DNA of 64,000 nt from Takakia lepidozioides (lineage: Eukaryota > Plantae > Bryophyta). The stretch lies in NCBI GenBank assembly GCA_030704615.1, contig CM060734.1:53816001-53880000 (forward strand). The letters are read 5' to 3'. Of this stretch, positions 1-13,310 are shown one piece after another. The position numbers were made by a program, and so were the translations under genes. How positions within the stretch are numbered: the stretch's first letter is position 1; each line of letters starts with the position of its first letter. The notes below the pieces were generated by a model. The model saw only the letters and a program-made list of their open reading frames with translations, did no database searches and was not told the origin of the DNA.

Positions 1-3000
1 GAACATTGTCGTTATATTAATTGTCAGTTCTGAGATGTAAGTAGCGCAGTCAATGAGCGTAGCTTTCTTCGATTGAGTTCAGTAATATGGGGCTGGTCTT
101 CCAGCACAGCATGGGAGGCAGGTTCTCGAATGAAATAAGTTTACTCTAGGCTATCAACTACAGCACATGTATACACATTGCTGATGTGGGTGTCCAAAGC
201 TCGTATCACTCTCTCTGGAATAAAATTTATTACAACATTCAGAGAAAAAAAAATCCTGTAAATTCTGGGCTCAATTGGAGAACTGGGAGGCTGGAAAGTA
301 GCATCATATCTATAGGCGATTGAATGTTATTGTTTTCTCTCTCTCTACCCTTTACTAACTGCTCCTTCCACCTGCGAAATATCATCCCAAATTTACAAAA
401 GAGAAACTGTTGAGAGAAGCTCAAGTGGTTGGTCCCACGGTGGTTGTTAGGAATCGTGAAGGAGAAATGAGATGTCCGAAGTCTGCTTCATTAAACCCAA
501 AGCAAGCATAACATACTAGTCCTAAGTATCAGAGAGCTAGAGAGCGGGGAAGCACAACTCTTTTCATGATTAACTAGTGGCTACTGGCGGAGTGGTCTGG
601 ACACTAAATTAGCCTACTTCACATATTGAGCGGAGCCATTGATCTGATCTGTTCTTCGACCGTTACATATCTAGACGTCGATCTTCTTTGACTAAAATAC
701 TTAACACCTCCCCTCGAACTTGGAAGCTATTCATCTTTCCAAGAGAGTATAAAAAAATGTTGTTCTAGTTTAGACTACATGCTCTGATTATTGGCAGAAT
801 TCGAGTAGTCAATTGTGTGTACCAAACCTAGTTTGTCTCTTAGTTTCTCGAACACAGTACGACCCAAGGGTTTGGTCAAGATGTCTGATCAGAAGATGGA
901 ACATGATTCATTTCTAGTTCACCATCTGCAACTTTTTCTCTGACAAAATGATATCTGATCGCAATATGTTTGGCTCTGTCATGAAGAACTGGGTTTTCAG
1001 ATAGTTCAATTGCATTTTGATTGTCGACCATGATTTTCGTTGGTTCTTGTTCGTCGATTGCTTGAATTTCTCCAAACAATCTCCTCAGCCACAGAGCCTC
1101 TTTGCTTCCACTCGTCATGGCCATATATTCGGCTTCTGTGGATGAAAGAGCTGTGCATGGCTGCTTTTTGCTACCCCATGTGATTGGAAATGTCTGGTCG
1201 GGTTTATGTCAGGAAATTCAATTTCCCTATCATTCGTTGGTACATTTGTGCATCGACTGTGGAAGCCCCCATGTCTGGCATGAGCTTAAGTCCTTGTAGC
1301 ATAGGTACAGCTGCAGCATTGTAATTCAAACCCAAATTCTTTCAATATTTGTGCTGCGTATCCTCTTTGCGTGACAGTAATACCCTCTAACCGAAAAAAA
1401 TACTCCAGCCCTAATGAGTGACTCAGCAAACCCAAATCTATCATCTCAAATCTCTTCTGAATTTCTGTTCTAATCCACTGGAGCTTAGTAGTGTGGTTAC
1501 CGGTGAGATAAACATCATCGACATAAAGAATTAAAATAACCACCTTGTCACCTTCACGAAAATAATATAGGTTGCCATCAGCAATGTCTTTCTTCAATCC
1601 TTGTTTTTGCAAGTATTCATCAATCTTACTATACCACGCACGAGGTGCTTGGCGCATTCCGTACAATGCTTTGCGTAATCTACATACTTTGCCCTCTTTA
1701 CCTTTTTCTTCAAACCCTTCTGGTTGTTGCACAAAAACTTCCTCAGAGAGTTCGCCATTTAGAAAGGCAGTCTTCACGTCAAGATGGTAGATCAACCATC
1801 CATTGTGACCAGCCAGTGCAGTGATGGCACGCAAAGTTTTATATATTTGGCAACCGGGGCATAGGTTTCCTCAAAGTCCTCCCCTTCGCGCTGTTGAAAT
1901 CCATGAGCAACCAAGTGCGCTTTCAGTTTTTGATGTGGTGCCATCCGTATGGGTTTTCAACTTGTAAATCCATTTAGTTGTGATTGGTTTTCGACCAGGG
2001 GGCAAATCCTCTAGTACCCAAGTTTTGTTCTTATGTATGGAACTAATCTCCTGTTCCATAGCTTCAACCCATCCGGGTATCTGGGAAGCTTCAGAAAAAC
2101 TCGTAGGTTCAATAATCGTGGATTCAGACAACCCCATAACAAAATCATTGAACCACTTGGGTGGCCTGACAAGGCGGCCAGCACTAGTGTGAATTTCAGG
2201 TTCTACAGGCGACACCTCCTCCAAATGACCTTGTTCAGACTGATCAGCAAAAGAGCTTGAAACATTGACTGAATGACAGGGTGAGCTTCCATTGTCAACT
2301 GAGGCATAACAATCATCACTGCTCATAGATTCAACATGTGTTGAATGTTCAGTGTCATTTTGAGGAGTTTCAGCACCTTGGTCGAAATAGGGTATGTCAA
2401 CTTGTTGTTCCGCTAGTTGGTCTGGTAGTATTGGAGTCTCCGGTAGGTGGCAGAATACAGTTGTTACAGGGTCCTCAATCGTTGTTCTGGTTGTAACCGG
2501 CATGAAGCTCATGTGATCTTCAGAAAAAAAATGACATCTTTTGACACTGTAACTTTGTTCAACTCTGGACAGAAACATCTATAGCCCTTATTCGTGGATG
2601 TATCATATCCTAGCAGTGCACAGCTCCTACTTCGGTGACCATTTGGACTTCTGAGTGTTAACGTGAACAAAACATTCACAGCCAATCACTCTAAGATGTT
2701 TGACATCAGGGACCTATCCGTATAATTTTTGATAGGGAGTGACATCATTATTTGCCCTAGTAGGAGATATATTCGTCAGATATTTGCGGTGTTGATGACC
2801 TCGGCCCAAAGAGCAGCTGGGAAATGAGCACCGAAGTCCAGACTTCTTGCCTTTTCTAACAAGGTTTTGTTTCTACGCTCAGCTACACCGTTCTGATGCG
2901 GTGTGTTGGTTTGTGTGAACAAGCTCTCAATGTCGTGTTCCTTGCAAAAAGTTAGAACTGTATTCCCCTCCTTTATCTGATCGTAAGACTTTGACCGACA
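1..3000 (-). mobile_element. Ty1/Copia LTR retrotransposon, 5'-truncated and frameshifted (integrase-RT-RNase H, PPT, 3' LTR)
   Basis: Integrase LRSDKGGEY (~2990) and TPHQNGVAERRNKTLLEKAR; RT HLDVKTAFLNG and LILYVDD; RNase H DNQNAI...KHIAIRYHFVRE. PPT GAGGGGAGG followed by TGTTAA at 706 marks the 3' LTR start; the LTR far end is not located. Joined to a PPR fragment at ~3000. Confidence 0.92.
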
Positions 3001-4050
3001 TGATACAATTCTAGCTTTGATGATATCTCCATGCACCTCTTTGCCCTTCTCTAGGGTTGTCAGGCTTGCACAAGCATTGCAAATGCACACAAACATGATG
3101 TGGCCGGGCTTCACCCCTTCCCCCATCATTTGCTCATAGGTCTCCAAAGCCTCCATCCCTCAGGATGGACGAACTTCTTCACATCGTACATTAAGAAAAG
3201 CCACACCTTGTTATTGCGGTTGTCCCACCATCGTCAAGGATCTTTATAAAACTCATGCAAGCTCACATCACGAACGAGCTAACTTGCAGAATTCAACAAG
3301 TAAACTTAGGGCCACATCTGATAAGAGGGAAAAACAGGGTGAAAAGTGTTGAAGAAGGTGTCTTCATTAGCAGTGCCTGATTTTATCAATTGTGCCGTTG
3401 CTGCTGCGGCTTCCACTTGACCATCCACCCATGCAGGTTGCTTGCAGCTATTGATCCACAGGGAACTATAGGTAATTGTGAGCTTGAAGTCCGGCCCTCT
3501 TCGATGAATCTGGGCCCAGACTCTACCCTTGCTCCCTCAGCTATCCAAGCTCTGCACAAATCATGCATAGATCTTTCCTTTGCTGCTAGCAGCTGACAAT
3601 GACAGCCTATTGTTCCAGCAAACACCCCAACCCTAGAGGATCGACTTGTATGTTCGCTCTTGTTGTGTCGGCCATTGTCACGACGTGTGCTATATGGGAG
3701 CTTCAGAGTGGAGACAGCAGGGAGTGTTCAAGAGTATGGCTAAACAAGACATGGTGTCGTGGAGTGCGATGATTGCAGGATATGCACAGCAAGGGCGCGG
3801 GATGGAGGCTTTGGAGACCTATGAGCACCTTCTTCAACACATTTCAGTTTGTTTCCCTGTTATCAAAGTCATCCCTAAATTTTCAGGTTGAATTCTGCAA
3901 GTTAGCTCGTTGGTGCAAAAAGGTGAATGCCTGTTGGAAGCGCAGGTCAGCATAGGAACTAGTGTGATAAGTAGGGTTAGGGTGTTTGCTGGGACAGATC
4001 TAGTTTTCATTGTCAGCTGCTAGCCGCAAGGCAAAGATGTGTGCATGTGC
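3001..4050. pseudogene. Scrambled PPR and PDF-exon fragments of the PDF-PPR-DYW family (3001-3640 minus, 3718-4050 plus)
   Basis: MEALETYEQMMGEGVKPGH...EKGKEVHGD and VSWSAMIAGYAQQGRG match the intact gene; adjacent sequence matches its upstream introns and exons. Confidence 0.85.
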
Positions 4051-4054
4051 AAAG

Positions 4055-4776
4055 TGTCGCGCACCTCACTTCGGTAAGCTCCCCTTCAAGTCACAGTTAC
4101 TGGCTTTGATACGCGCGCCTAACTCCCAAACTGGCCGCCGAGCCAACTCGAAGCTTCGGCTACTCACCGGGGCATAACGGTCCCTCTTCGCTCCTCCAAA
4201 AGACCCTCCACCAATTGGCCTAGTGGAAATTCCCTTTGGTAGATGGCAGTCCGGAATAGCTCCCCACTTCTTGGTTGCTTTCCGGCTCGCACGCTCACTC
4301 ACTAGTTTTTGGTCACCAACGGGCTTGCACCGTTCTCGGAGTTACTACTCCCTTTATATACTTCTGTGACTGTCCGTGGGGGTTTCACAAACAACCCTGC
4401 CATTTTATGGCGAACCACCACAAGACCCTCGACTCCCGGTGATGAGTCGCGGTGAGTCTTGGCCCACCCACCATGGCCCCATTGGACCGTGATGAGTCCC
4501 AAGACTCCCCATGACTCCCACCACAAGGTCTCCGCCCCATGGTGAGTCTTATGCCACCCCCACTAAGTCCCACTAAGCTACCACCACCCCTCGTGGAACC
4601 ACCCCCACCGCAATCCGGTATGCGGGGCTCCACCTAGTGAGCGCCTCCGCCTCTTTGAGTGCCTTGGGCACTCAAGGGTGCTTCATCCCCTGCATCTATT
4701 GTTGCCACTGTCCCCACCACAGGGGCAGCCCCTCTCATGTCTCGACCCCCTGCCCTCAAGGCAAAGGGCCACGACA
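4055..4776. mobile_element. Probable solo LTR
   Basis: 722-bp GC-rich insert in PDF intron sequence, bounded by TGTCG...CGACA, with an internal TTTATATA. No matching TSD seen. Confidence 0.5.
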
Positions 4777-6575
4777 TAGAGGCAAAGATAGCAGAAGGAG
4801 CAAGGATAGAGAGTAGGTCCAGATTCATCCAAGAGGGCCAAATTTCAAACACAAGATTACTCATGATTCTCTGTGGATCAATAGCTACAAGAAACCTGCA
4901 TGGGTAGATGGTCAACTGGATGCCGCAGCAACAACAGCACACCTGATAAGATCAGGCATTGGTAATCTCGGTACCTTCTTCAACACGTTTCATCCTGTTT
5001 TTCACAAGGTGTGGCTTTTCTTAATGTATGATGTGAAGAAGTTCATTCATCCTGCAAGGTGGGCTCTTGGCTCCTGTGAGTACCATGATTTGATATTCTT
5101 CCTAATGTTTACAAGGTTCTTGGGAGAGTGAGCTTGCAGGTCTTAGCAGGTCGTGTTTCAATCTTTGTCTGCTCAGCTGCACCGTGGTGGTTCTCACAGA
5201 CCAATCCGACATTACCTGACTACGGACACAAGCAACACACACAAGAGGTCATTTTGGGTTGATGGTCGGTCAAATCCTCCATGGGTCAAGGACAATGTGG
5301 CGAGGGCACCTTCCTCTTTGACCTATTTCAGCCTATTTTGCCCTCTCATCAGACTTGGCCTTGAGATGCATGTTGAATTCTGCATGGGTGATAAGCATTT
5401 AATACCTTCAATCCACTTAATATAATGTGAGCATATGCACCTGATTTTCAGTTTGCACACCTTTCAACTTGATGCTCTTACGCTTGAGACAGGGGACTTA
5501 GGTATCTGAATATGCTGAAATTATGCCTAGCTGGTTGAAGTCTGTAGAGCCTCTTTCAGTTGCAGGATGGGGAAGGCAGGGGGCAAGGAGGCGGGGTAAA
5601 AATAGAATACTGTTCAGTATGACTCTTGGAGCAATTCCAGCTTAAAATGTGATGATGTCACCATTGGGGCATGGACCTCTTGGTCGTTTACAAGGGACTT
5701 GGGAGGGTCAGCATGATCAGCCTGTGTATGAAGGCTGGCAGCCCTAGAATTTAATAACCAGATGTCATTATGAACATCTCCTAGTTCTGGACATATATGC
5801 CAATGTCAAGGGAGTGTTCAACACTATGGCTAAATGAGATGTGGTGTCGTGGAGTGCGATGCTTGTAGGGTATGCACAGCAGGATGGAGGCTTTGGATAC
5901 CTATGAGCAAATGATGGGGAAAGGGGTGAAGCTCGACCACATCATTTTAGTGTGTGTTTGCAGTGCGTGTGCAAGCCTGGCAGCCCGGGAAAAGAGCAAA
6001 GAGGTGCATGGTTGCATCACCAAAGCTGGAATTGTACCATGTGTGATTTTGAACAATACCTTGTGGACATGTATGCCAAATGTGGGAGATTGAGGATGCG
6101 GAGAGAGCCTTCAACATTATGGCTGAACAAGATGTGGTATTGTGGAACGCGATGCTTGCAGGATATGCACAGCAAGGGCGCGGGATGGAGGTTTTGGAGA
6201 CAGGAAAGTATCGAAAAACAGTTAACAGAGACGAGGAGAAGCTCTGGAATGAATATGTTTCCGACCCCAGTCAATGGTGGAATAATCCAGGCAAAAAGGT
6301 GAATTCCTGTTGGAAGCAGATGCAAGTCAACATAGGAACTAGTGTGATAAGTAGGGTTGGGGTGTTTGTTGGAATACTTATAGGCTGTCATTGTCAGCTG
6401 CTAGCAGCAAGGCAATGATGTATGCATGATTTGTGCAGAGGCAAGGATAGCTGAAGGAGCAGGGATAGAGTGTAGGTCCAGATTCATCCAAGAGGGCCGG
6501 ATTTCAAACTCCAGATTACCTATGATTCCCTGTGGAAGGATAGCTACAAGAAACCTGCATGGGTAGATGATCAAT
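4777..6575 (+). pseudogene. PDF/PPR paralog fragments
   Basis: HKRSFWVDGRSNPPWV, frameshifted PLS repeats at 5800-6200, and EEKLWNEYVSDPSQWWNNPGKK. Confidence 0.85.
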
Positions 6576-7039
6576 TGGTTGGTTTTGAGCCGAAGAGCAC
6601 GACCCCTGCAGGGATGTCTCTCCATCTGTAGATCTTTTAGGAAGTGAAAGGCTAGGGCCCAGCTTTCTTATGACAGTGTTAGCTGATTTTCAGTTCTTCT
6701 CCTCAGCTCGGTGCCTTTCTGTTTCCAAGTTATGGCAGTAGTTTCTGGCTGCAGTCTCTTTTCCTGCTAGACTCTTTAGCTCTATGCAGATCCCCTTCTT
6801 TACTTACTTTCCTTCTTACTACTCTTTCTTGTCTTGGTACGCGAAGCTGTGTCTTCCTCTTTCAGCCTCTATGGCACTCTATCCAGAGGTTATTTTTTCC
6901 TCTTTGTATCCAAGGACATTTTATGTCCATTACCTATAAAGTTCTGGAGGCCACTGTCCCCCCACTGTCCCTCTTTGTTTACAAAAATAAAAATAAATAA
7001 AAAAGATACAACAATGGCTTCCATTCTATTTTCCTAGAA

Positions 7040-7534
7040 ACCTAATGAGAATTTAAATCAATTAATAATCTAAATATTATAATTGTATGATTTAATCTAT
7101 TAAATTAAAATATTATTAAAAAACCTCTTTAGTCATGAAGTTATATACTCATGACTAATCATGGCATCATGGCATTATATGATACGATATTCTTTCCCAC
7201 GTGTAGGTCATATATGTTGTCCATGTGGACACGTGTCACATCTGGAGTGCTACATGTGTCCCTCTGACGCCTCTCCAATGGAGTCATATACTTTGTAGAC
7301 ATGTAGTCATATAGTTAATCATATATAAATCATATAGTTGTGACTACATCACTCTCTGCAGCATGACTCTAGGTGCCACGTATGCAGTCACGGCTATGAC
7401 TTGCAAAACGCAATCCTAAAGACTAGTCGCTATGACAGGGCTTTTTTCACTGCAGAGTGATGTAGTCATGAACGCATATAGGACTGAAAAAATAGTCATA
7501 TATGCAGTTATAAAAACGCTCATCTGTTGTAGTG
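7040..7534. mobile_element. CACTA (EnSpm) terminus with subterminal repeats
   Basis: Terminus CACTACAACAGATGAGCG (minus) at 7534; repeated GTAGTCAT/ATGACTAC motifs. Confidence 0.75.
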
Positions 7535-7990
7535 TCTTTGCCCTTTTCCAGGGCTGCCAGGCTTACGCATGCATTGCAAATGCAATCAAACGTGATGTGG
7601 TCGGGCTTCATCCCTTCTGCCATCATTTGATCGTAGGTCTCCAAAGCCTTCTTCTCGCGGCCTTGCTGTGAATACCCCGTAAGCATCGTTCAGCCATACT
7701 GTTGCAAACTCCCTTCACATCCTTGATGCACCCACATTTCGCATACATGTCCACGAGGGTGATATTGCAAACTTAAACGAACGTGACCCGGTCCGGCTTC
7801 ACCCCTTCCTACATTATTTGCTCATACGTCTCCGAAGCCTCTATACCACGCCCCCACTGTGCATATCCTCGCCCTTCCTACATCATTTGCTTAAGAATAA
7901 GTTCAAGAAAGTTGCATCAGTGCTCAAGAATAGGTCGCAAAGCCTCAACCCTACGCCCCTGCATTGCATATCCTGCGATCATCCCGTTCC
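7535..7990 (-). pseudogene. PPR fragment
   Basis: MLTGYSQQGREKKALETYDQMMAEGMKPDHITF...LEKGK, cut by the CACTA end. Confidence 0.8.
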
Positions 7991-8089
7991 ATGACATAAG
8001 TTCTCCCTGCTTCGGCTCGATACTACAAAAACATATGGTAGCGCGGGAGACAAAAAGAGGCTAAGTCCCAGCCCTCTGTGTTCATGGCT

Positions 8090-8590
8090 GAACATGGGCA
8101 ACCCTAAAGCAATATTTTGAATTTTTAAACTTTTTGCACTTTGTGTCATTCCATTGACACAAGTGTTTTGTTAAAGATAGATGGATGAGGTCATCCAACG
8201 GATGAACCCATTCATGTATATGCCTTAAGATGCCACGTGTAGTGATGTAGTCATATAAACATAGCTGTGAAACCTACTGTTGTCATGTAGTCATAAGCTT
8301 TTATGGCATGTTATCAATGTGTAGTAGTGGTGTAGTCATTTAGTCATAAGCTTATATGGAACGTGTTTGATGTGTAGTATTGCGTATGACTACTAGTTAT
8401 ATAAACCAAGCATGTGTTCTTGGTCAACAATGTTTGATCCTAGTCATGTAGTAACATGTATGACTTCATTATATTAAAATATATTAAAATGCGCCAAACA
8501 ATGGGTTTTATCACTATGTAGTCACACATATAGTCATGGTTACCAAGGTTTATATTATCCGTAGTCATAAAAACGACAATCTGTACTAGG
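8090..8590. mobile_element. CACTA-related remnant
   Basis: GTAGTCAT subterminal repeats; the end AATCTGTACTAG matches the terminus at 14718; similar to 11370-11720. Confidence 0.55.
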
Positions 8591-9209
8591 AACTAAACCC
8601 TATCTCGGGTCCGATCTCCCAACTCTCCGTGAAAAGCTGAAAGTTGGGAGATCGGGTCTCGATCTTTGACTTTCACCTGCATAGCAGGTTAGTTTTGGCG
8701 ATCGCCTGCCGAACAAGTCTCTCTCTTGTGTGTGAAGCATGCGTGGATGGGTCTGACGCACACTTGGAAGAAGGAGATGGGCAACACAACTGGCTCGTCT
8801 TGGGAGATGGGGTGATTACATGGAAGGACCCGTCGTCAAGTCAACGGTCGAGCCATTGGTCAAACCCATTCCAACGATGATGTCATTAGAAGAGTCGGGT
8901 TTACATGGAAACGGGCTCTAAAAGGTTTCTAAAAGACTGGTATCTTCCTGCGTGTACAACAGAGAGCGGGTGGGCGGGGGGGGGGGGGGAGAGAATAGAG
9001 AGAGAGAGAGAGAGAGAGAAGTGCCATGCAGCGAGTGTACTGTTTGTTAAATTTCAGTCTAGTGACGAGGGCAGGTAGGCCATTGAGATAGTCCTTAAGG
9101 TTTACATATTCAAAACAAGTTTAGGGAGGTTTAATGCCTAACTGTATTTCCACTGGACAGTGTGAGGGCATTAGAGGAGGAGAGAGAGAGAGAGACGCAC
9201 CGGGGAAGG

Positions 9210-10630
9210 TGGTCATCATGGTACTCCAAGACACCACATCTTGTTCAGCCATGTTGTTGAACACTCCCTTTGCATCCTTGCTACACCTACATTTGGCATA
9301 CATATTGTCCACCAGGGGAGTGTTCAGAATGACATTTGGTACATTTGCAGCTTTGACGATGCAACCATGGACCTTTTGCCCTTTTCCAGGGCTGCCAGGC
9401 TTGCACACGCATTGCAAACACACACACACACGTTATGTGGTCGGGCTTCAGTACCCCTTCCCTCATAATTTGCTCATAGGTCTCCAAAGCCTCCATCCCA
9501 CGCCCCTGCTGTGCATACCCTGCAAACATCGCACTCCATGACACCACATCTTGTTTAGCCATAGTCCCTTTGCATCCTCGATGCACCCACATTTGACATA
9601 CATGTCCACCAAGGTAGGGGCAGTGTTCAAAATGACATTTGGTAATCTGACAGGCATTCACATTTTTGCCTCGGTTGTCCCACCATTGACTAGGGTCAGA
9701 AAAGTATTCATTCCACAGCTTCTCCTCATCTCTGTTACCTCTTTTGGATACTTTCATGTTGTCACATTGGCAGTATCATGTCAAAGTCACTCCAAACTAT
9801 CCCTGGTTCACTCAACCAACTAACTTGCAGAATTCAACTTGAAAATTTAGGGCCGATTCTGATAAGAGGGAAAAACAGGGTGAAATGTGTTGAAAAATGT
9901 GCCTTTATTAGCAGACCATTTTCTCGTTAGCAGATTTCTTGTAGCTATTGATCCACAGGGAATCAGAACTAATATTGTGTTTGAAATCCGGCCCTCTTGG
10001 ATGAACCTGGACCTCTATCCCTGGTCCTTCAGCTATCCTTGTCTGTGTACAAATCATGAATACTTGCTGCTAGCAGCTGACACTGACGGCGTGAAGTTCT
10101 TCCAGCAAACCCCAACCCTAATTATTACAGTAGTTCTAATTCTAAATTGCATCTACTTCTCTCTAGTGTAGTCCAACATGCACTCATCTTTTTGTCTCCA
10201 TTATCCCGCCATTGACTGGGGTCGGAAAAGTGTTCATTCCAAAGCTTCTCCTCATCTCTGTTACCTGTTTTTGGATACTTTCATGTTGCCACATCGGCAG
10301 CAACTTGTCAAAGTCACTCTAAACAACCACAGATCCACCCACCGAGCTAACTTACAAAATTCAATATGCATCTCAGGGCCAAGTCTGATGAGAGGGCAAA
10401 ACAGGCTGAAATAGGTCGAAGAAGAAGGTATCCTCACCACATGTCCCTTACCTTGTGTCATGACCCATGGAGGATTTGACCGACCATCAACCCAAAATGA
10501 CCTCTTATGTGTGCTGCTTGTATCTGTAGTCAGGTAATGTCGGATTGGTATGTGAGATCGAGCCACGACGGTGCAACTCAGCAGGCAGAGATTGTAACAC
10601 AGCCTGCTAAGACCAAGCTGACTCTCCAAG
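9210..10630 (-). pseudogene. PDF/PPR paralog fragments
   Basis: EEKLWNEYFSDPSQWWDNRGK, VVSWSAMFAGYAQQGRG and HKRSFWVDGRSNPPWV, with frameshifts. Confidence 0.85.
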
Positions 10631-11129
10631 AACGGCGAGCTCGCAAGAATGTTGGGATCTTCTCCTCGCCCGAAATCTGCTTGAAACTGTTTGAAGAAAC
10701 CTTAATTCAATGCGGTTTGAAAAATGCCCAGGGGCACAGTGCAGTTTCTACAGCCCACACATATTTGAAGCAGTCAGAACAGTACCAGTCTTGCCAGCAG
10801 CGTCGCCTCGGGGACGCTTGTGAGCGTAGCCACATGTGGAGGATGTCCCGTGTACAATACGCATTGTATGCGCTGCCATGGTTGCTCATCCTCGAAATCC
10901 TACAGCCTGCGCTGCTGCTGGCGGTTTGAAGCAGGACCCTTCGCATGAGCGTCTCTCTCTCTCTCTCTCTCTGGCTGGTTGGCAGGGGTACCATCGTCTC
11001 CTCTCCTCCTCCTCTTCTCCTTCCTGCATCATTTTCTCAAGAGTAGGAAGGTCTGCAAAGCCTCCATCCCACGCCCCTGCATACATGACACAACATCAAA
11101 TAGATGGTGAAACGCAAGAGACAAAAAAA

Positions 11130-11859
11130 CCTAAGTCCCAGCCCGATGTAAAGTTCGGCGGTGTAATCTTAAACCGTTAGATCTTAAATAATCTAGACCG
11201 TTAGATCCTGTAAAATCTAACGATTCAAAATAATTTCCATCACATGATCTAGCCTTATACAACCATGACCATTGAGTATTTAATCTCATATATCTTGCGA
11301 TGCTTGTTAAGCCACGTCCATCCAGGTCCAATTTATTGAACAGATATCAAATCGACACACCGTATAGGCGGAGGGATGAACCCATCCATTGGATGAATTC
11401 ATTAATATATGTGCCTTTTAAATGACACGTGTAATGATGTAGTCATATATATAGAGTTATGAAACAATTTGCAGTAAGGGACTCATAAGTTTACATGCCA
11501 TGTCATCGATGGATAAACTCATCAAATGGATGAATACATTCATGTATGTACTTTCAAAATGACACGTGTAGGGATGTAGTCATATAAATAGAGCTGTAAA
11601 ACCATCTTCAGTCATGGAGTCACAAGATTCCATGAAACGTCGTCCACGTGTAGTCAAAGATATCACACTAGTCATAAAACCATCCCTGTCATCATGATCA
11701 ACAATGTTTGACCCATGCTCCCTAACTTTCCGGAGTCATGTAGTGATATCCATTACTACAAAGTGGTAAAACTATGGCTGCAACGCATTTCAGCGCTCTG
11801 TAGTCGTACACCTAGTGCCGTTTTTATGACTCCGCCAAAAACGCTCATCTCTTGTAGTG
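11130..11859. mobile_element. CACTA terminus with subterminal repeats
   Basis: Ends ACGCTCATCTCTTGTAGTG (reverse complement CACTACAAGAGATGAGCG), near-identical to the 7534 terminus. Confidence 0.75.
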
Positions 11860-13310
11860 AAGAGGTCCATGGTGAAATTGTCAGAGCTGGAATTGTACCC
11901 GATGTCATTCTGAACATTACTCTCGTGGACATGTATGCAAAATGTGGGTGCATCGAGGGTGCAAAGGGAGTGTTCAACAGTATGGCTGAACGAGATATGG
12001 TGTCGTGGAGTGCGATGACTGTAGGATATGCACAGCAAGGGCACGGGATGGAGGCTTTGGAGACCTATGAGCACCTTCTTCAACACATTTCAGCCTGTTT
12101 TCCCTGTTATCAGAGTCGTCCCTAAATTTTCAGGTTGAATTCTGCAAGTTAGCTCGTTGGTGCAAAAAAGTGAATGCATGTTGGAAGCGCAAGTCAGTAT
12201 AGGAACTTGTGTGATAAGTAGGGTTAGGTTATTTGCTGGAACAGATCTAGGCCGTCATTGTCAGCTGCTAGCAGCAAGACAAAGATGTGTGCATGATTTG
12301 TGTAGAGGCAGAGATAGCTGAGGGAGCAGGGATAGACAGTGGGTCCAGATTCATCCAAGAGGGCCAAGATTACTTATGATTCCTTGGATCAATAGCTACA
12401 AGAAACCTGCATGGGTAGATAGTCAACTGGATGCCCAGCAGCAGCGGCTTAACTGATTAAATCAGGCACTGGTAATCAAAGCACCTTCTTCAACACATTT
12501 TCCCTCTTATCATAATCGGCCCTAAATTTCCATGTTGAATTCTGTAAGTTAGCTGGTTGAGTGAATGTAGTTTGGAGTGACTTTGACATGATACTGCCAC
12601 TGTGACAACTGGAAAGTATCCAAAACCACGTAACAGAGATGAGGAGAGATGAGGAGAAGCTGTGGAATGAAAATTTTCTGACCCCAGTCAATGGTGGGAC
12701 ACCGAGGCAAAAAGGTGAATGCCTGTTAGATTACAGGAGAGTAGCAGACGCAATTCAGTATAGGAACTAGTGTAATAAGCTGAGTTGGGTGTTTCCTAGA
12801 ATAAATCTAGGTTGCATTATCAACTGCAAGGCAAGGATGTATGCATGATTTGTGCAGAGGTATGGATAGCTGAAGGAGCAAAGATAGAGTATGGGTCCAG
12901 ATTCATCCAAGAGGGCTGGACTTCAAGCTCCAGATTTCCTTGATTCCAGGTGGATCAGTAGCTACAATAAACCTGCATGGGTAGATGGTCAACTAAAGGC
13001 AGCAGCTGCAGCGGCACAGTTGATAAAATCAGGCACCTCAACCATGACCACAGCTTCTGAAATTAGAGGATCAAGAGAGGGAATCCACAATGCCCTTCTG
13101 GCACTTCTGGGCATGTGAAGATACTTTGTGTGGTAGGCAGCCTGACAGAGGCTCTACAGACTCTAAACCAATGAGGCATTTCAGCAAATTCAGATATGTA
13201 TGTCTGTCTTTTGCTTAAGTGCATCAAGATGGAAGGTCTGGAAGCTGGAAAGCAGGTGCACACTCACATTATCCAAAGTGGATTCACACCAAAAAAAAAT
13301 CTACTCAACA
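11860..13310 (+). pseudogene. PPR + PDF + PPR-gene 5' end fragments
   Basis: EVHGEIVRAGIVPDVILN..., SYNKPAWVDGQLKAAAAAAQLIKSGT and YVCLLLKCIKMEGLEAGKQVH, with stops and frameshifts. Confidence 0.85.

Noticed and set aside
2776-3156. PPR-integrase fusion protein
   Set aside because: Short chimeric ORF at a deletion junction between two pseudogenised sequences.
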